Assembly: GCA_964057225.1 (NCBI GenBank)
Contig: OZ059897.1
Location: 4,960,001-5,024,000 of the forward strand
Direction of reading: 5' to 3'
DNA: 64,000 nt
Source of the DNA: Auanema rhodensis
Taxonomy: Eukaryota; Animalia; Nematoda
Shown: positions 12,382 through 28,282 of the stretch, in pieces
Numbering within the stretch: position 1 is the first letter of the stretch
Layout of the letters: every line of letters starts with the position of its first letter
Notes under the pieces: generated by a model
What the model saw: only the letters and a program-made list of their open reading frames with translations
Database searches by the model: none
Told to the model about the DNA's origin: nothing
Made by a program: the position numbers and the translations under genes

Positions 12382-15373
12382 CTAATATGGACATGGGGAA
12401 TCTAATTTTAAAAACCGCATCTCTTTATCTTTCACGTGAAGCAAGTTACATACCAAGTGCACAGCACGTGTACATTTAATTAGCATAAATTAAAGTTCAC
12501 GTAAATTTCAAAGTCATGGTTACCATGCACCAATATCAATAAAAATTTGTTTTTAGACTAATATGGACATGGGGAATCTAATTTTGAAAACCGCATCTCT
12601 TTATCTTTCACGTGAAGTGGGTTACATACCAAGTGCACATCACGTGTACATTTAATTAGCATAAATTAAAGTTCACGTAAATTTCAAAGTCATGGTTACC
12701 ATGCACCAATATCAATAAAAATTTGTTTTTAGACTAATATGGACATGGGGAATCTAATATTGAAAACCGCATCTCTTTATCTTTCACGTGAAGCAAGTTA
12801 CATCCCAAGTGCACATCACGTGTACATTTAATTAGCATAAATTAAAGTTCACGTAAATTTCAAAGTCATGGTTACCATGCACCAATATCAATAAAAATTT
12901 GTTTTTAGACTAATATGGATATGGGGAATCTAATTTTGAAAACCGAATCTCTTTATCTTTCACGTGAAGCGAGTTACATACCAAGTGCACATCACGTGTA
13001 CATTTAATCAGCATAAATTAAAGTTCACGTAAATTTCAAACTCATGGTTACCATGCACCAATATCAATAAAAATTTGTTTTTAGACTAATATGGACATGG
13101 GGAATCTAATTGTGAAAACCGCATCTCTTTATCTTTCACGTGAAGCGAGTTACATACCAAGTGCACATCACGTGTACATTTAATTAACATAAATTAAAGT
13201 TCACGTAAATTTCAAACTCATGGTTACCATGCACCAATATCAATAAAAATTTGTTTTTAGACTAATATGGACATGGGGAATCTAATTTTGAAAACCACAT
13301 CTCTTTATCTTTCACGTGAAGTGGGTTACATACCAAGTGCACATCACGTGTACATTTAATTAGCATAAATTAAAGTTCACGTAAATTTCAAAGTCATGGT
13401 TACCATGAACCAATATCAATAAAAATTTGTTTTTAGACTAATATGGACATGGGGAATTTAATTTTAAAAACCGCATCTCTTTATCTTTCACGTGAAGCAA
13501 GTTACATACCAAGTGCATAGCACGTGTACATTTAATTAGCATAAATTAAAGTTCACGTAAATTTCAAAGTCATGGTTACCATGCACCAATATCAATAAAA
13601 ATTTGTTTTTAGACTAATATGGACATGGGGAATCTAATTGTGAAAACCGCATCTCTTTCTCTTTCACGTGAAGCGAGTTACATACCAAGTGCACATCACG
13701 TGTACATTTAATTAACATAAATTAAAGTTCACGTAAATTTCAAACTCATGGTTACCATGCACCAATATCAATAAAAATTTGTTTTTAGACTAATATGGAC
13801 ATGGGGAATCTAATTTTGAAAACCGCATCTCTTTATCTTTCACGTGAAGTGAGTTACATACCAAGTGCACATCACGTGTACATTTAATTAGCATAAATTA
13901 AAGTTCACGTAAATTTCAAAGTCATGGTTACCATGCACCAATATCAATAAAAATTTGTTTTTAGACTAATATGGACATGGGGAATCTAATTTTGAAAACC
14001 GCATCTCTTTATCTTTCACGTGAAGCAAGTTACATACCAAGTGCATAGCACGTGTACATTTAATTAGCATAAATTAAAGTTCACGTAAATTTCAAAGTCA
14101 TGGTTACCATGCACCAATATCAATAAAAATTTGTTTTTAGACTAATATGGACATGGGGAATCTAATTGTGAAAACCGCATCTCTTTCTCTTTCACGTGAA
14201 GCGAGTTACATACCAAGTGCACATCACGTGTACATTTAATTAACATAAATTAAAGTTCACGTAAATTTCAAACTCATGGTTACCATGCACCAATATCAAT
14301 AAAAATTTGTTTTTAGACTAATATGGACATGGGGAATCTAATTTTGAAAACCGCATCTCTTTATCTTTCACGTGAAGTGGGTTACATACCAAGTGCACAT
14401 CACGTGTACATTTAATTAGCATAAATTAAAGTTAACGTAAATTTCAAAGTCATGGTTACCATGCACCAATATCAATAAAAATTTGTTTTTAGACTAATAT
14501 GGACATGGGGAATCTAATTTTGAAAACCGCATCTCTTTATCTTTCACGTGAAGCGAGTTACATACCAAGTGCACATCACGTGTACATTTAATTAGCATAA
14601 ATTAAAGTTCACCTAAATTTCAAAGTCATGGTTACCATGCACCAATATCAATAAAAATTTGTTTTTAGACTAATATGGACATGGGGAATCTGATATTGAA
14701 AACCGCATCTCTTTATCTTTCACGTGAAGCAAGTTACATCCCAAGTGCACATCACGTGTACATTTAATTAGCATAAATTAAAGTTCACGTAAATTTCAAA
14801 GTCATGGTTACCATGCACCAATATCAATAAAAATTTGTTTTTAGACTAATATGGATATGGGGAATCTAATTTTGAAAACCGCATCTCTTTATCTTTCACG
14901 TGAAGCGAGTTACATACCAAGTGCACATCACGTGTACATTTAATCAGCATAAATTAAAGTTCACGTAAATTTCAAACTCATGGTTACCATGCACCAATAT
15001 CAATAAAAATTTGTTTTTAGACTAATATGGACATGGGGAATCTAATTGTGAAAACCGCATCTCTTTATCTTTCACGTGAAGCGAGTTACATACCAAGTGC
15101 ACATCACGTGTACATTTAATTAACATAAATTAAAGTTCACGTAAATTTCAAACTCATGGTTACTATGCACCAATATCAATAAAAATTTGTTTTTAGACTA
15201 ATATGGACATGGGGAATCTAATTTTGAAAACCACATCTCTTTATCTTTCACGTGAAGTGGGTTACATACCAAGTGCACATCACGTGTACATTTAATTAGC
15301 ATAAATTAAAGTTCACGTAAATTTCAAAGTCATGGTTACCATGCACCAATATCAATAAAAATTTGTTTTTAGA

Positions 15374-15434
15374 CTAATATGGACATGGGGAATCTAATTT
15401 TGAAAACCAATATCAATAACAATTTGTTTTTAGA
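15374..15434. repeat. Truncated 61-bp monomer, copy 2
   Basis: Identical to 12321-12381; the next monomer starts at 15435. Confidence 0.95.
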
Positions 15435-16666
15435 CTAATATGGACATGGGGAATCTAATTTTAAAAACCGCATCTCTTTATCTTTCACGTGAAGCAAGTT
15501 ACATACCAAGTGCACAGCACGTGTACATTTAATTAGCATAAATTAAAGTTCACGTAAATTTCAAAGTCATGGTTACCATGCACCAATATCAATAAAAATT
15601 TGTTTTTAGACTAATATGGACATGGGGAATCTAATTTTGAAAACCGCATCTCTTTATCTTTCACGTGAAGTGGGTTACATACCAAGTGCACATCACGTGT
15701 ACATTTAATTAGCATAAATTAAAGTTCACGTAAATTTCAAAGTCATGGTTACCATGCACCAATATCAATAAAAATTTGTTTTTAGACTAATATGGACATG
15801 GGGAATCTAATATTGAAAACCGCATCTCTTTATCTTTCACGTGAAGCAAGTTACATCCCAAGTGCACATCACGTGTACATTTAATTAGCATAAATTAAAG
15901 TTCACGTAAATTTCAAAGTCATGGTTACCATGCACCAATATCAATAAAAATTTGTTTTTAGACTAATATGGATATGGGGAATCTAATTTTGAAAACCGAA
16001 TCTCTTTATCTTTCACGTGAAGCGAGTTACATACCAAGTGCACATCACGTGTACATTTAATCAGCATAAATTAAAGTTCACGTAAATTTCAAACTCATGG
16101 TTACCATGCACCAATATCAATAAAAATTTGTTTTTAGACTAATATGGACATGGGGAATCTAATTGTGAAAACCGCATCTCTTTATCTTTCACGTGAAGCG
16201 AGTTACATACCAAGTGCACATCACGTGTACATTTAATTAACATAAATTAAAGTTCACGTAAATTTCAAACTCATGGTTACCATGCACCAATATCAATAAA
16301 AATTTGTTTTTAGACTAATATGGACATGGGGAATCTAATTTTGAAAACCACATCTCTTTATCTTTCACGTGAAGTGGGTTACATACCAAGTGCACATCAC
16401 GTGTACATTTAATTAGCATAAATTAAAGTTCACGTAAATTTCAAAGTCATGGTTACCATGAACCAATATCAATAAAAATTTGTTTTTAGACTAATATGGA
16501 CATGGGGAATTTAATTTTAAAAACCGCATCTCTTTATCTTTCACGTGAAGCAAGTTACATACCAAGTGCACAGCACGTGTACATTTAATTAGCATAAATT
16601 AAAGTTCACGTAAATTTCAAAGTCATGGTTACCATGCACCAATATCAATAAAAATTTGTTTTTAGA

Positions 16667-19600
16667 CTAATATGGACATGGGGAATCTAATTTTGAAAAC
16701 CGCATCTCTTTATCTTTCACGTGAAGTGGGTTACATACCAAGTGCACATCACGTGTACATTTAATTAGCATAAATTAAAGTTAACGTAAATTTCAAAGTC
16801 ATGGTTACCATGCACCAATATCAATAAAAATTTGTTTTTAGACTAATATGGACATGGGGAATCTAATTTTGAAAACCGCATCTCTTTATCTTTCACGTGA
16901 AGCGAGTTACATACCAAGTGCACATCACGTGTACATTTAATCAGCATAAATTAAAGTTCACGTAAATTTCAAACTCATGGTTACCATGCACCAATATCAA
17001 TAAAAATTTGTTTTTAGACTAATATGGACATGGGGAATCTAATTTTGAAAACCGCATCTCTTTATCTTTCACGTGAAGTGAGTTACATACCAAGTGCACA
17101 GCACGTGTACATTTAATTAGCATAAATTAAAGTTCACGTAAATTTCAAAGTCATGGTTACCATGCACCAATATCAATAAAAATTTGTTTTTAGACTAATA
17201 TGGACATGGGGAATCTAATTTTGAAAACCGCATCTCTTTATCTTTCACGTGAAGCAAGTTACATACCAAGTGCACATCACGTGTACATTTAATTAGCATA
17301 AATTAAAGTTCACGTAAATTTCAAAGTCATGGTTACCATGCACCAATATCAATAAAAATTTGTTTTTAGACTAATATGGACATGGGGAATCTAAATTTGA
17401 AAACCGCATCTCTTTATCTTTCACGTGAAGCAAGTTACATACCAAGTGCACATCACGTGTACATTTAATTAGCATAAATTAAAGTTCACGTAAATTTCAA
17501 AGTCATGGTTACCATGCACCAATATCAATAAAAATTTGTTTTTAGACTAATATGGACATGGGGAATCTAATTTTGAAAACCGCATCTCTTTATCTTTCAC
17601 GTGAAGTGGGTTACATACCAAGTGCACATCACGTGTACATTTAATTAGCATAAATTAAAGTTAACGTAAATTTCAAAGTCATGGTTACCATGCACCAATA
17701 TCAATAAAAATTTGTTTTTAGACTAATATGGACATGGGGAATCTAATTTTGAAAACCGCATCTCTTTATCTTTCACGTGAAGCGAGTTACATACCAAGTG
17801 CACATCACGTGTACATTTAATCAGCATAAATTAAAGTTCACGTAAATTTCAAACTCATGGTTACCATGCACCAATATCAATAAAAATTTGTTTTTAGACT
17901 AATATGGACATGGGGAATCTAATTTTGAAAACCGCATCTCTTTATCTTTCACGTGAAGTGAGTTACATACCAAGTGCACAGCACGTGTACATTTAATTAG
18001 CATAAATTAAAGTTCACGTAAATTTCAAAGTCATGGTTACCATGCACCAATATCAATAAAAATTTGTTTTTAGACTAATATGGACATGGGGAATCTAATT
18101 TTGAAAACCGCATCTCTTTATCTTTCACGTGAAGCAAGTTACATACCAAGTGCACATCACGTGTACATTTAATTAGCATAAATTAAAGTTCACGTAAATT
18201 TCAAAGTCATGGTTACCATGCACCAATATCAATAAAAATTTGTTTTTAGACTAATATGGACATGGGGAATCTAAATTTGAAAACCGCATCTCTTTATCTT
18301 TCACGTGAAGCAAGTTACATACCAAGTGCACATCACGTGTACATTTAATTAGCATAAATTAAAGTTCACGTAAATTTCAAAGTCATGGTTACCATGCACC
18401 AATATCAATAAAAATTTGTTTTTAGACTAATATGGATATGGGGAATCTAATTTTGAAAACCGCATCTCTTTATCTTTCACGTGAAGCGAGTTACATACCA
18501 AGTGCACATCACGTGTACATTTAATCAGCATAAATTAAAGTTCACGTAAATTTCAAACTCATGGTTACCATGCACCAATATCAATAAAAATTTGTTTTTA
18601 GACTAATATGGACATGGGGAATCTAATTGTGAAAACCGCATCTCTTTATCTTTCACGTGAAGCGAGTTACATACCAAGTGCACATCACGTGTACATTTAA
18701 TTAACATAAATTAAAGTTCACGTAAATTTCAAACTCATGGTTACTATGCACCAATATCAATAAAAATTTGTTTTTAGACTAATATGGACATGGGGAATCT
18801 AATTTTGAAAACCACATCTCTTTATCTTTCACGTGAAGTGGGTTACATACCAAGTGCACATCACGTGTACATTTAATTAGCATAAATTAAAGTTCACGTA
18901 AATTTCAAAGTCATGGTTACCATGCACCAATATCAATAACAATTTGTTTTTAGACTAATATGGACATGGGGAATCTAATTTTAAAAACCGCATCTCTTTA
19001 TCTTTCACGTGAAGCAAGTTACATACCAAGTGCACAGCACGTGTACATTTAATTAGCATAAATTAAAGTTCACGTAAATTTCAAAGTCATGGTTACCATG
19101 CACCAATATCAATAAAAATTTGTTTTTAGACTAATATGGACATGGGGAATCTAATTTTGAAAACCGCATCTCTTTATCTTTCACGTGAAGTGGGTTACAT
19201 ACCAAGTGCACATCACGTGTACATTTAATTAGCATAAATTAAAGTTCACGTAAATTTCAAAGTCATGGTTACCATGCACCAATATCAATAAAAATTTGTT
19301 TTTAGACTAATATGGACATGGGGAATCTAATATTGAAAACCGCATCTCTTTATCTTTCACGTGAAGCAAGTTACATCCCAAGTGCACATCACGTGTACAT
19401 TTAATTAGCATAAATTAAAGTTCACGTAAATTTCAAAGTCATGGTTACCATGCACCAATATCAATAAAAATTTGTTTTTAGACTAATATGGATATGGGGA
19501 ATCTAATTTTGAAAACCGAATCTCTTTATCTTTCACGTGAAGCGAGTTACATACCAAGTGCACATCACGTGTACATTTAATCAGCATAAATTAAAGTTCA

Positions 19601-22600
19601 CGTAAATTTCAAACTCATGGTTACCATGCACCAATATCAATAAAAATTTGTTTTTAGACTAATATGGACATGGGGAATCTAATTGTGAAAACCGCATCTC
19701 TTTATCTTTCACGTGAAGCGAGTTACATACCAAGTGCACATCACGTGTACATTTAATTAACATAAATTAAAGTTCACGTAAATTTCAAACTCATGGTTAC
19801 CATGCACCAATATCAATAAAAATTTGTTTTTAGACTAATATGGACATGGGGAATCTAATTTTGAAAACCACATCTCTTTATCTTTCACGTGAAGTGGGTT
19901 ACATACCAAGTGCACATCACGTGTACATTTAATTAGCATAAATTAAAGTTCACGTAAATTTCAAAGTCATGGTTACCATGAACCAATATCAATAAAAATT
20001 TGTTTTTAGACTAATATGGACATGGGGAATTTAATTTTAAAAACCGCATCTCTTTATCTTTCACGTGAAGCAAGTTACATACCAAGTGCACAGCACGTGT
20101 ACATTTAATTAGCATAAATTAAAGTTCACGTAAATTTCAAAGTCATGGTTACCATGCACCAATATCAATAAAAATTTGTTTTTAGACTAATATGGACATG
20201 GGGAATCTAATTTTGAAAACCGCATCTCTTTATCTTTCACGTGAAGTGGGTTACATACCAAGTGCACATCACGTGTACATTTAATTAGCATAAATTAAAG
20301 TTAACGTAAATTTCAAAGTCATGGTTACCATGCACCAATATCAATAAAAATTTGTTTTTAGACTAATATGGACATGGGGAATCTAATTTTGAAAACCGCA
20401 TCTCTTTATCTTTCACGTGAAGCGAGTTACATACCAAGTGCACATCACGTGTACATTTAATCAGCATAAATTAAAGTTCACGTAAATTTCAAACTCATGG
20501 TTACCATGCACCAATATCAATAAAAATTTGTTTTTAGACTAATATGGACATGGGGAATCTAATTTTGAAAACCGCATCTCTTTATCTTTCACGTGAAGTG
20601 AGTTACATACCAAGTGCACAGCACGTGTACATTTAATTAGCATAAATTAAAGTTCACGTAAATTTCAAAGTCATGGTTACCATGCACCAATATCAATAAA
20701 AATTTGTTTTTAGACTAATATGGACATGGGGAATCTAATTTTGAAAACCGCATCTCTTTATCTTTCACGTGAAGCAAGTTACATACCAAGTGCACATCAC
20801 GTGTACATTTAATTAGCATAAATTAAAGTTCACGTAAATTTCAAAGTCATGGTTACCATGCACCAATATCAATAAAAATTTGTTTTTAGACTAATATGGA
20901 CATGGGGAATCTAAATTTGAAAACCGCATCTCTTTATCTTTCACGTGAAGCAAGTTACATACCGAGTGCACATCACGTGTACATTTAATTAGCATAAATT
21001 AAAGTTCACGTAAATTTCAAAGTCATGGTTACCATGCACCAATATCAATAAAAATTTGTTTTTAGACTAATATGGACATGGGGAATCTAATTTTGAAAAC
21101 CGCATCTCTTTATCTTTCACGTGAAGTGGGTTACATACCAAGTGCACATCACGTGTACATTTAATTAGCATAAATTAAAGTTAACGTAAATTTCAAAGTC
21201 ATGGTTACCATGCACCAATATCAATAAAAATTTGTTTTTAGACTAATATGGACATGGGGAATCTAATTTTGAAAACCGCATCTCTTTATCTTTCACGTGA
21301 AGCGAGTTACATACCAAGTGCACATCACGTGTACATTTAATCAGCATAAATTAAAGTTCACGTAAATTTCAAACTCATGGTTACCATGCACCAATATCAA
21401 TAAAAATTTGTTTTTAGACTAATATGGACATGGGGAATCTAATTGTGAAAACCGCATCTCTTTATCTTTCACGTGAAGCGAGTTACATACCAAGTGCACA
21501 TCACGTGTACATTTAATTAACATAAATTAAAGTTCACGTAAATTTCAAACTCATGGTTACCATGCACCAATATCAATAAAAATTTGTTTTTAGACTAATA
21601 TGGACATGGGGAATCTAATTTTGAAAACCACATCTCTTTATCTTTCACGTGAAGTGGGTTACATACCAAGTGCACATCACGTGTACATTTAATTAGCATA
21701 AATTAAAGTTCACGTAAATTTCAAAGTCATGGTTACCATGAACCAATATCAATAAAAATTTGTTTTTAGACTAATATGGACATGGGGAATTTAATTTTAA
21801 AAACCGCATCTCTTTATCTTTCACGTGAAGCAAGTTACATACCAAGTGCACAGCACGTGTACATTTAATTAGCATAAATTAAAGTTCACGTAAATTTCAA
21901 AGTCATGGTTACCATGCACCAATATCAATAAAAATTTGTTTTTAGACTAATATGGACATGGGGAATCTAATTTTGAAAACCGCATCTCTTTATCTTTCAC
22001 GTGAAGTGGGTTACATACCAAGTGCACATCACGTGTACATTTAATTAGCATAAATTAAAGTTAACGTAAATTTCAAAGTCATGGTTACCATGCACCAATA
22101 TCAATAAAAATTTGTTTTTAGACTAATATGGACATGGGGAATCTAATTTTGAAAACCGCATCTCTTTATCTTTCACGTGAAGCGAGTTACATACCAAGTG
22201 CACATCACGTGTACATTTAATCAGCATAAATTAAAGTTCACGTAAATTTCAAACTCATGGTTACCATGCACCAATATCAATAAAAATTTGTTTTTAGACT
22301 AATATGGACATGGGGAATCTAATTTTGAAAACCGCATCTCTTTATCTTTCACGTGAAGTGAGTTACATACCAAGTGCACAGCACGTGTACATTTAATTAG
22401 CATAAATTAAAGTTCACGTAAATTTCAAAGTCATGGTTACCATGCACCAATATCAATAAAAATTTGTTTTTAGACTAATATGGACATGGGGAATCTAATT
22501 TTGAAAACCGCATCTCTTTATCTTTCACGTGAAGCAAGTTACATACCAAGTGCACATCACGTGTACATTTAATTAGCATAAATTAAAGTTCACGTAAATT

Positions 22601-25600
22601 TCAAAGTCATGGTTACCATGCACCAATATCAATAAAAATTTGTTTTTAGACTAATATGGACATGGGGAATCTAAATTTGAAAACCGCATCTCTTTATCTT
22701 TCACGTGAAGCAAGTTACATACCAAGTGCACATCACGTGTACATTTAATTAGCATAAATTAAAGTTCACGTAAATTTCAAAGTCATGGTTACCATGCACC
22801 AATATCAATAAAAATTTGTTTTTAGACTAATATGGACATGGGGAATCTAATTTTGAAAACCGCATCTCTTTATCTTTCACGTGAAGTGGGTTACATACCA
22901 AGTGCACATCACGTGTACATTTAATTAGCATAAATTAAAGTTAACGTAAATTTCAAAGTCATGGTTACCATGCACCAATATCAATAAAAATTTGTTTTTA
23001 GACTAATATGGACATGGGGAATCTAATTTTGAAAACCGCATCTCTTTATCTTTCACGTGAAGCGAGTTACATACCAAGTGCACATCACGTGTACATTTAA
23101 TCAGCATAAATTAAAGTTCACGTAAATTTCAAACTCATGGTTACCATGCACCAATATCAATAAAAATTTGTTTTTAGACTAATATGGACATGGGGAATCT
23201 AATTTTGAAAACCGCATCTCTTTATCTTTCACGTGAAGTGAGTTACATACCAAGTGCACAGCACGTGTACATTTAATTAGCATAAATTAAAGTTCACGTA
23301 AATTTCAAAGTCATGGTTACCATGCACCAATATCAATAAAAATTTGTTTTTAGACTAATATGGACATGGGGAATCTAATTGTGAAAACCGCATCTCTTTA
23401 TCTTTCACGTGAAGCAAGTTACATACCAAGTGCACATCACGTGTACATTTAATTAGCATAAATTAAAGTTCACGTAAATTTCAAAGTCATGGTTACCATG
23501 CACCAATATCAATAAAAATTTGTTTTTAGACTAATATGGACATGGGGAATCTAAATTTGAAAACCGCATCTCTTTATCTTTCACGTGAAGCAAGTTACAT
23601 ACCAAGTGCACATCACGTGTACATTTAATTAGCATAAATTAAAGTTCACGTAAATTTCAAAGTCATGGTTACCATGCACCAATATCAATAAAAATTTGTT
23701 TTTAGACTAATATGGACATGGGGAATCTAATTTTGAAAACCGCATCTCTTTATCTTTCACGTGAAGTGGGTTACATACCAAGTGCACATCACGTGTACAT
23801 TTAATTAGCATAAATTAAAGTTAACGTAAATTTCAAAGTCATGGTTACCATGCACCAATATCAATAAAAATTTGTTTTTAGACTAATATGGACATGGGGA
23901 ATCTAATTTTGAAAACCGCATCTCTTTATCTTTCACGTGAAGCGAGTTACATACCAAGTGCACATCACGTGTACATTTAATCAGCATAAATTAAAGTTCA
24001 CGTAAATTTCAAACTCATGGTTACCATGCACCAATATCAATAAAAATTTGTTTTTAGACTAATATGGACATGGGGAATCTAATTTTGAAAACCGCATCTC
24101 TTTATCTTTCACGTGAAGTGAGTTACATACCAAGTGCACAGCACGTGTACATTTAATTAGCATAAATTAAAGTTCACGTAAATTTCAAAGTCATGGTTAC
24201 CATGCACCAATATCAATAAAAATTTGTTTTTAGACTAATATGGACATGGGGAATCTAATTTTGAAAACCGCATCTCTTTATCTTTCACGTGAAGCAAGTT
24301 ACATACCAAGTGCACATCACGTGTACATTTAATTAGCATAAATTAAAGTTCACGTAAATTTCAAAGTCATGGTTACCATGCACCAATATCAATAAAAATT
24401 TGTTTTTAGACTAATATGGACATGGGGAATCTAAATTTGAAAACCGCATCTCTTTATCTTTCACGTGAAGCAAGTTACATACCAAGTGCACATCACGTGT
24501 ACATTTAATTAGCATAAATTAAAGTTCACGTAAATTTCAAAGTCATGGTTACCATGCACCAATATCAATAAAAATTTGTTTTTAGACTAATATGGATATG
24601 GGGAATCTAATTTTGAAAACCGCATCTCTTTATCTTTCACGTGAAGCGAGTTACATACCAAGTGCACATCACGTGTACATTTAATCAGCATAAATTAAAG
24701 TTCACGTAAATTTCAAACTCATGGTTACCATGCACCAATATCAATAAAAATTTGTTTTTAGACTAATATGGACATGGGGAATCTAATTGTGAAAACCGCA
24801 TCTCTTTATCTTTCACGTGAAGCGAGTTACATACCAAGTGCACATCACGTGTACATTTAATTAACATAAATTAAAGTTCACGTAAATTTCAAACTCATGG
24901 TTACTATGCACCAATATCAATAAAAATTTGTTTTTAGACTAATATGGACATGGGGAATCTAATTTTGAAAACCACATCTCTTTATCTTTCACGTGAAGTG
25001 GGTTACATACCAAGTGCACATCACGTGTACATTTAATTAGCATAAATTAAAGTTCACGTAAATTTCAAAGTCATGGTTACCATGCACCAATATCAATAAC
25101 AATTTGTTTTTAGACTAATATGGACATGGGGAATCTAATTTTAAAAACCGCATCTCTTTATCTTTCACGTGAAGCAAGTTACATACCAAGTGCACAGCAC
25201 GTGTACATTTAATTAGCATAAATTAAAGTTCACGTAAATTTCAAAGTCATGGTTACCATGCACCAATATCAATAAAAATTTGTTTTTAGACTAATATGGA
25301 CATGGGGAATCTAATTTTGAAAACCGCATCTCTTTATCTTTCACGTGAAGTGGGTTACATACCAAGTGCACATCACGTGTACATTTAATTAGCATAAATT
25401 AAAGTTCACGTAAATTTCAAAGTCATGGTTACCATGCACCAATATCAATAAAAATTTGTTTTTAGACTAATATGGACATGGGGAATCTAATATTGAAAAC
25501 CGGATCTCTTTATCTTTCACGTGAAGCAAGTTACATCCCAAGTGCACATCACGTGTACATTTAATTAGCATAAATTAAAGTTCACGTAAATTTCAAAGTC

Positions 25601-27226
25601 ATGGTTACCATGCACCAATATCAATAAAAATTTGTTTTTAGACTAATATGGATATGGGGAATCTAATTTTGAAAACCGAATCTCTTTATCTTTCACGTGA
25701 AGCGAGTTACATACCAAGTGCACATCACGTGTACATTTAATCAGCATAAATTAAAGTTCACGTAAATTTCAAACTCATGGTTACCATGCACCAATATCAA
25801 TAAAAATTTGTTTTTAGACTAATATGGACATGGGGAATCTAATTGTGAAAACCGCATCTCTTTATCTTTCACGTGAAGCGAGTTACATACCAAGTGCACA
25901 TCACGTGTACATTTAATTAACATAAATTAAAGTTCACGTAAATTTCAAACTCATGGTTACCATGCACCAATATCAATAAAAATTTGTTTTTAGACTAATA
26001 TGGACATGGGGAATCTAATTTTGAAAACCACATCTCTTTATCTTTCACGTGAAGTGGGTTACATACCAAGTGCACATCACGTGTACATTTAATTAGCATA
26101 AATTAAAGTTCACGTAAATTTCAAAGTCATGGTTACCATGAACCAATATCAATAAAAATTTGTTTTTAGACTAATATGGACATGGGGAATTTAATTTTAA
26201 AAACCGCATCTCTTTATCTTTCACGTGAAGCAAGTTACATACCAAGTGCACAGCACGTGTACATTTAATTAGCATAAATTAAAGTTCACGTAAATTTCAA
26301 AGTCATGGTTACCATGCACCAATATCAATAAAAATTTGTTTTTAGACTAATATGGACATGGGGAATCTAATTTTGAAAACCGCATCTCTTTATCTTTCAC
26401 GTGAAGCAAGTTACATACCAAGTGCACATCACGTGTACATTTAATTAGCATAAATTAAAGTTAACGTAAATTTCAAAGTCATGGTTACCATGCACCAATA
26501 TCAATAAAAATTTGTTTTTAGACTAATATGGACATGGGGAATCTAATTTTGAAAATCGCATCTCTTTATCTTTCACGTGAAGCGAGTTACATACCAAGTG
26601 CACATCACGTGTACATTTAATCAGCATAAATTAAAGTTCACGTAAATTTCAAACTCATGGTTACCATGCACCAATATCAATAAAAATTTGTTTTTAGACT
26701 AATATGGACATGGGGAATCTAATTTTGAAAACCGCATCTCTTTATCTTTCACGTGAAGTGAGTTACATACCAAGTGCACAGCACGTGTACATTTAATTAG
26801 CATAAATTAAAGTTCACGTAAATTTCAAAGTCATGGTTACCATGCACCAATATCAATAAAAATTTGTTTTTAGACTAATATGGACATGGGGAATCTAATT
26901 GTGAAAACCGCATCTCTTTATCTTTCACGTGAAGCAAGTTACATACCAAGTGCACATCACGTGTACATTTAATTAGCATAAATTAAAGTTCACGTAAATT
27001 TCAAAGTCATGGTTACCATGCACCAATATCAATAAAAATTTGTTTTTAGACTAATATGGACATGGGGAATCTAAATTTGAAAACCGCATCTCTTTATCTT
27101 TCACGTGAAGCAAGTTACATACCAAGTGCACATCACGTGTACATTTAATTAGCATAAATTAAAGTTCACGTAAATTTCAAAGTCATGGTTACCATGCACC
27201 AATATCAATAAAAATTTGTTTTTAGA
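16667..27226. repeat. Domain containing a 5-monomer (880-bp) higher-order repeat, interspersed with a 10-monomer module
   Basis: Unit [tggg+ttaacg][tcagc+aaactc][tgag+cagc][caag][ctaaattt+caag]. The ctaaattt monomer starts at 17371, 18251, 20891, 22651, 23531, 24411 and 27051. Confidence 0.85.
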
Positions 27227-28282
27227 CTAATATGGACATGGGGAATCTAATTTTGAAAACCGCATCTCTTTATCTTTCACGTGAAGTGGGTTACATACCA
27301 AGTGCACATCACGTGTACATTTAATTAGCATAAATTAAAGTTAACGTAAATTTCAAAGTCATGGTTACCATGCACCAATATCAATAAAAATTTGTTTTTA
27401 GACTAATATGGACATGGGGAATCTAATTTTGAAAACCGCATCTCTTTATCTTTCACGTGAAGCGAGTTACATACCAAGTGCACATCACGTGTACATTTAA
27501 TCAGCATAAATTAAAGTTCACGTAAATTTCAAACTCATGGTTACCATGCACCAATATCAATAAAAATTTGTTTTTAGACTAATATGGACATGGGGAATCT
27601 AATTTTGAAAACCGCATCTCTTTATCTTTCACGTGAAGTGAGTTACATACCAAGTGCACAGCACGTGTACATTTAATTAGCATAAATTAAAGTTCACGTA
27701 AATTTCAAAGTCATGGTTACCATGCACCAATATCAATAAAAATTTGTTTTTAGACTAATATGGACATGGGGAATCTAATTTTGAAAACCGCATCTCTTTA
27801 TCTTTCACGTGAAGCAAGTTACATACCAAGTGCACATCACGTGTACATTTAATTAGCATAAATTAAAGTTCACGTAAATTTCAAAGTCATGGTTACCATG
27901 CACCAATATCAATAAAAATTTGTTTTTAGACTAATATGGACATGGGGAATCTAATTTTGAAAACCGCATCTCTTTATCTTTCACGTGAAGTGAGTTACAT
28001 ACCAAGTGCACAGCACGTGTACATTTAATTAGCATAAATTAAAGTTCACGTAAATTTCAAAGTCATGGTTACCATGCACCAATATCAATAAAAATTTGTT
28101 TTTAGACTAATATGGATATGGGGAATCTAATTTTGAAAACCGCATCTCTTTATCTTTCACGTGAAGCGAGTTACATACCAAGTGCACATCACGTGTACAT
28201 TTAATCAGCATAAATTAAAGTTCACGTAAATTTCAAACTCATGGTTACCATGCACCAATATCAATAAAAATTTGTTTTTAGA

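Larger units (their letters stand above)
10414..16570. repeat. Tandem duplication of a 3053-bp block (17 monomers plus one 61-bp unit)
   Basis: The 61-bp units at 12321 and 15374 are 3053 bp apart (17x176+61). Shared private variants include gaatctgatattg, accgaatc and tctttctctt. The junction monomer at 13438 is chimeric. One difference noticed: G11560 vs C14613. Confidence 0.92.
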
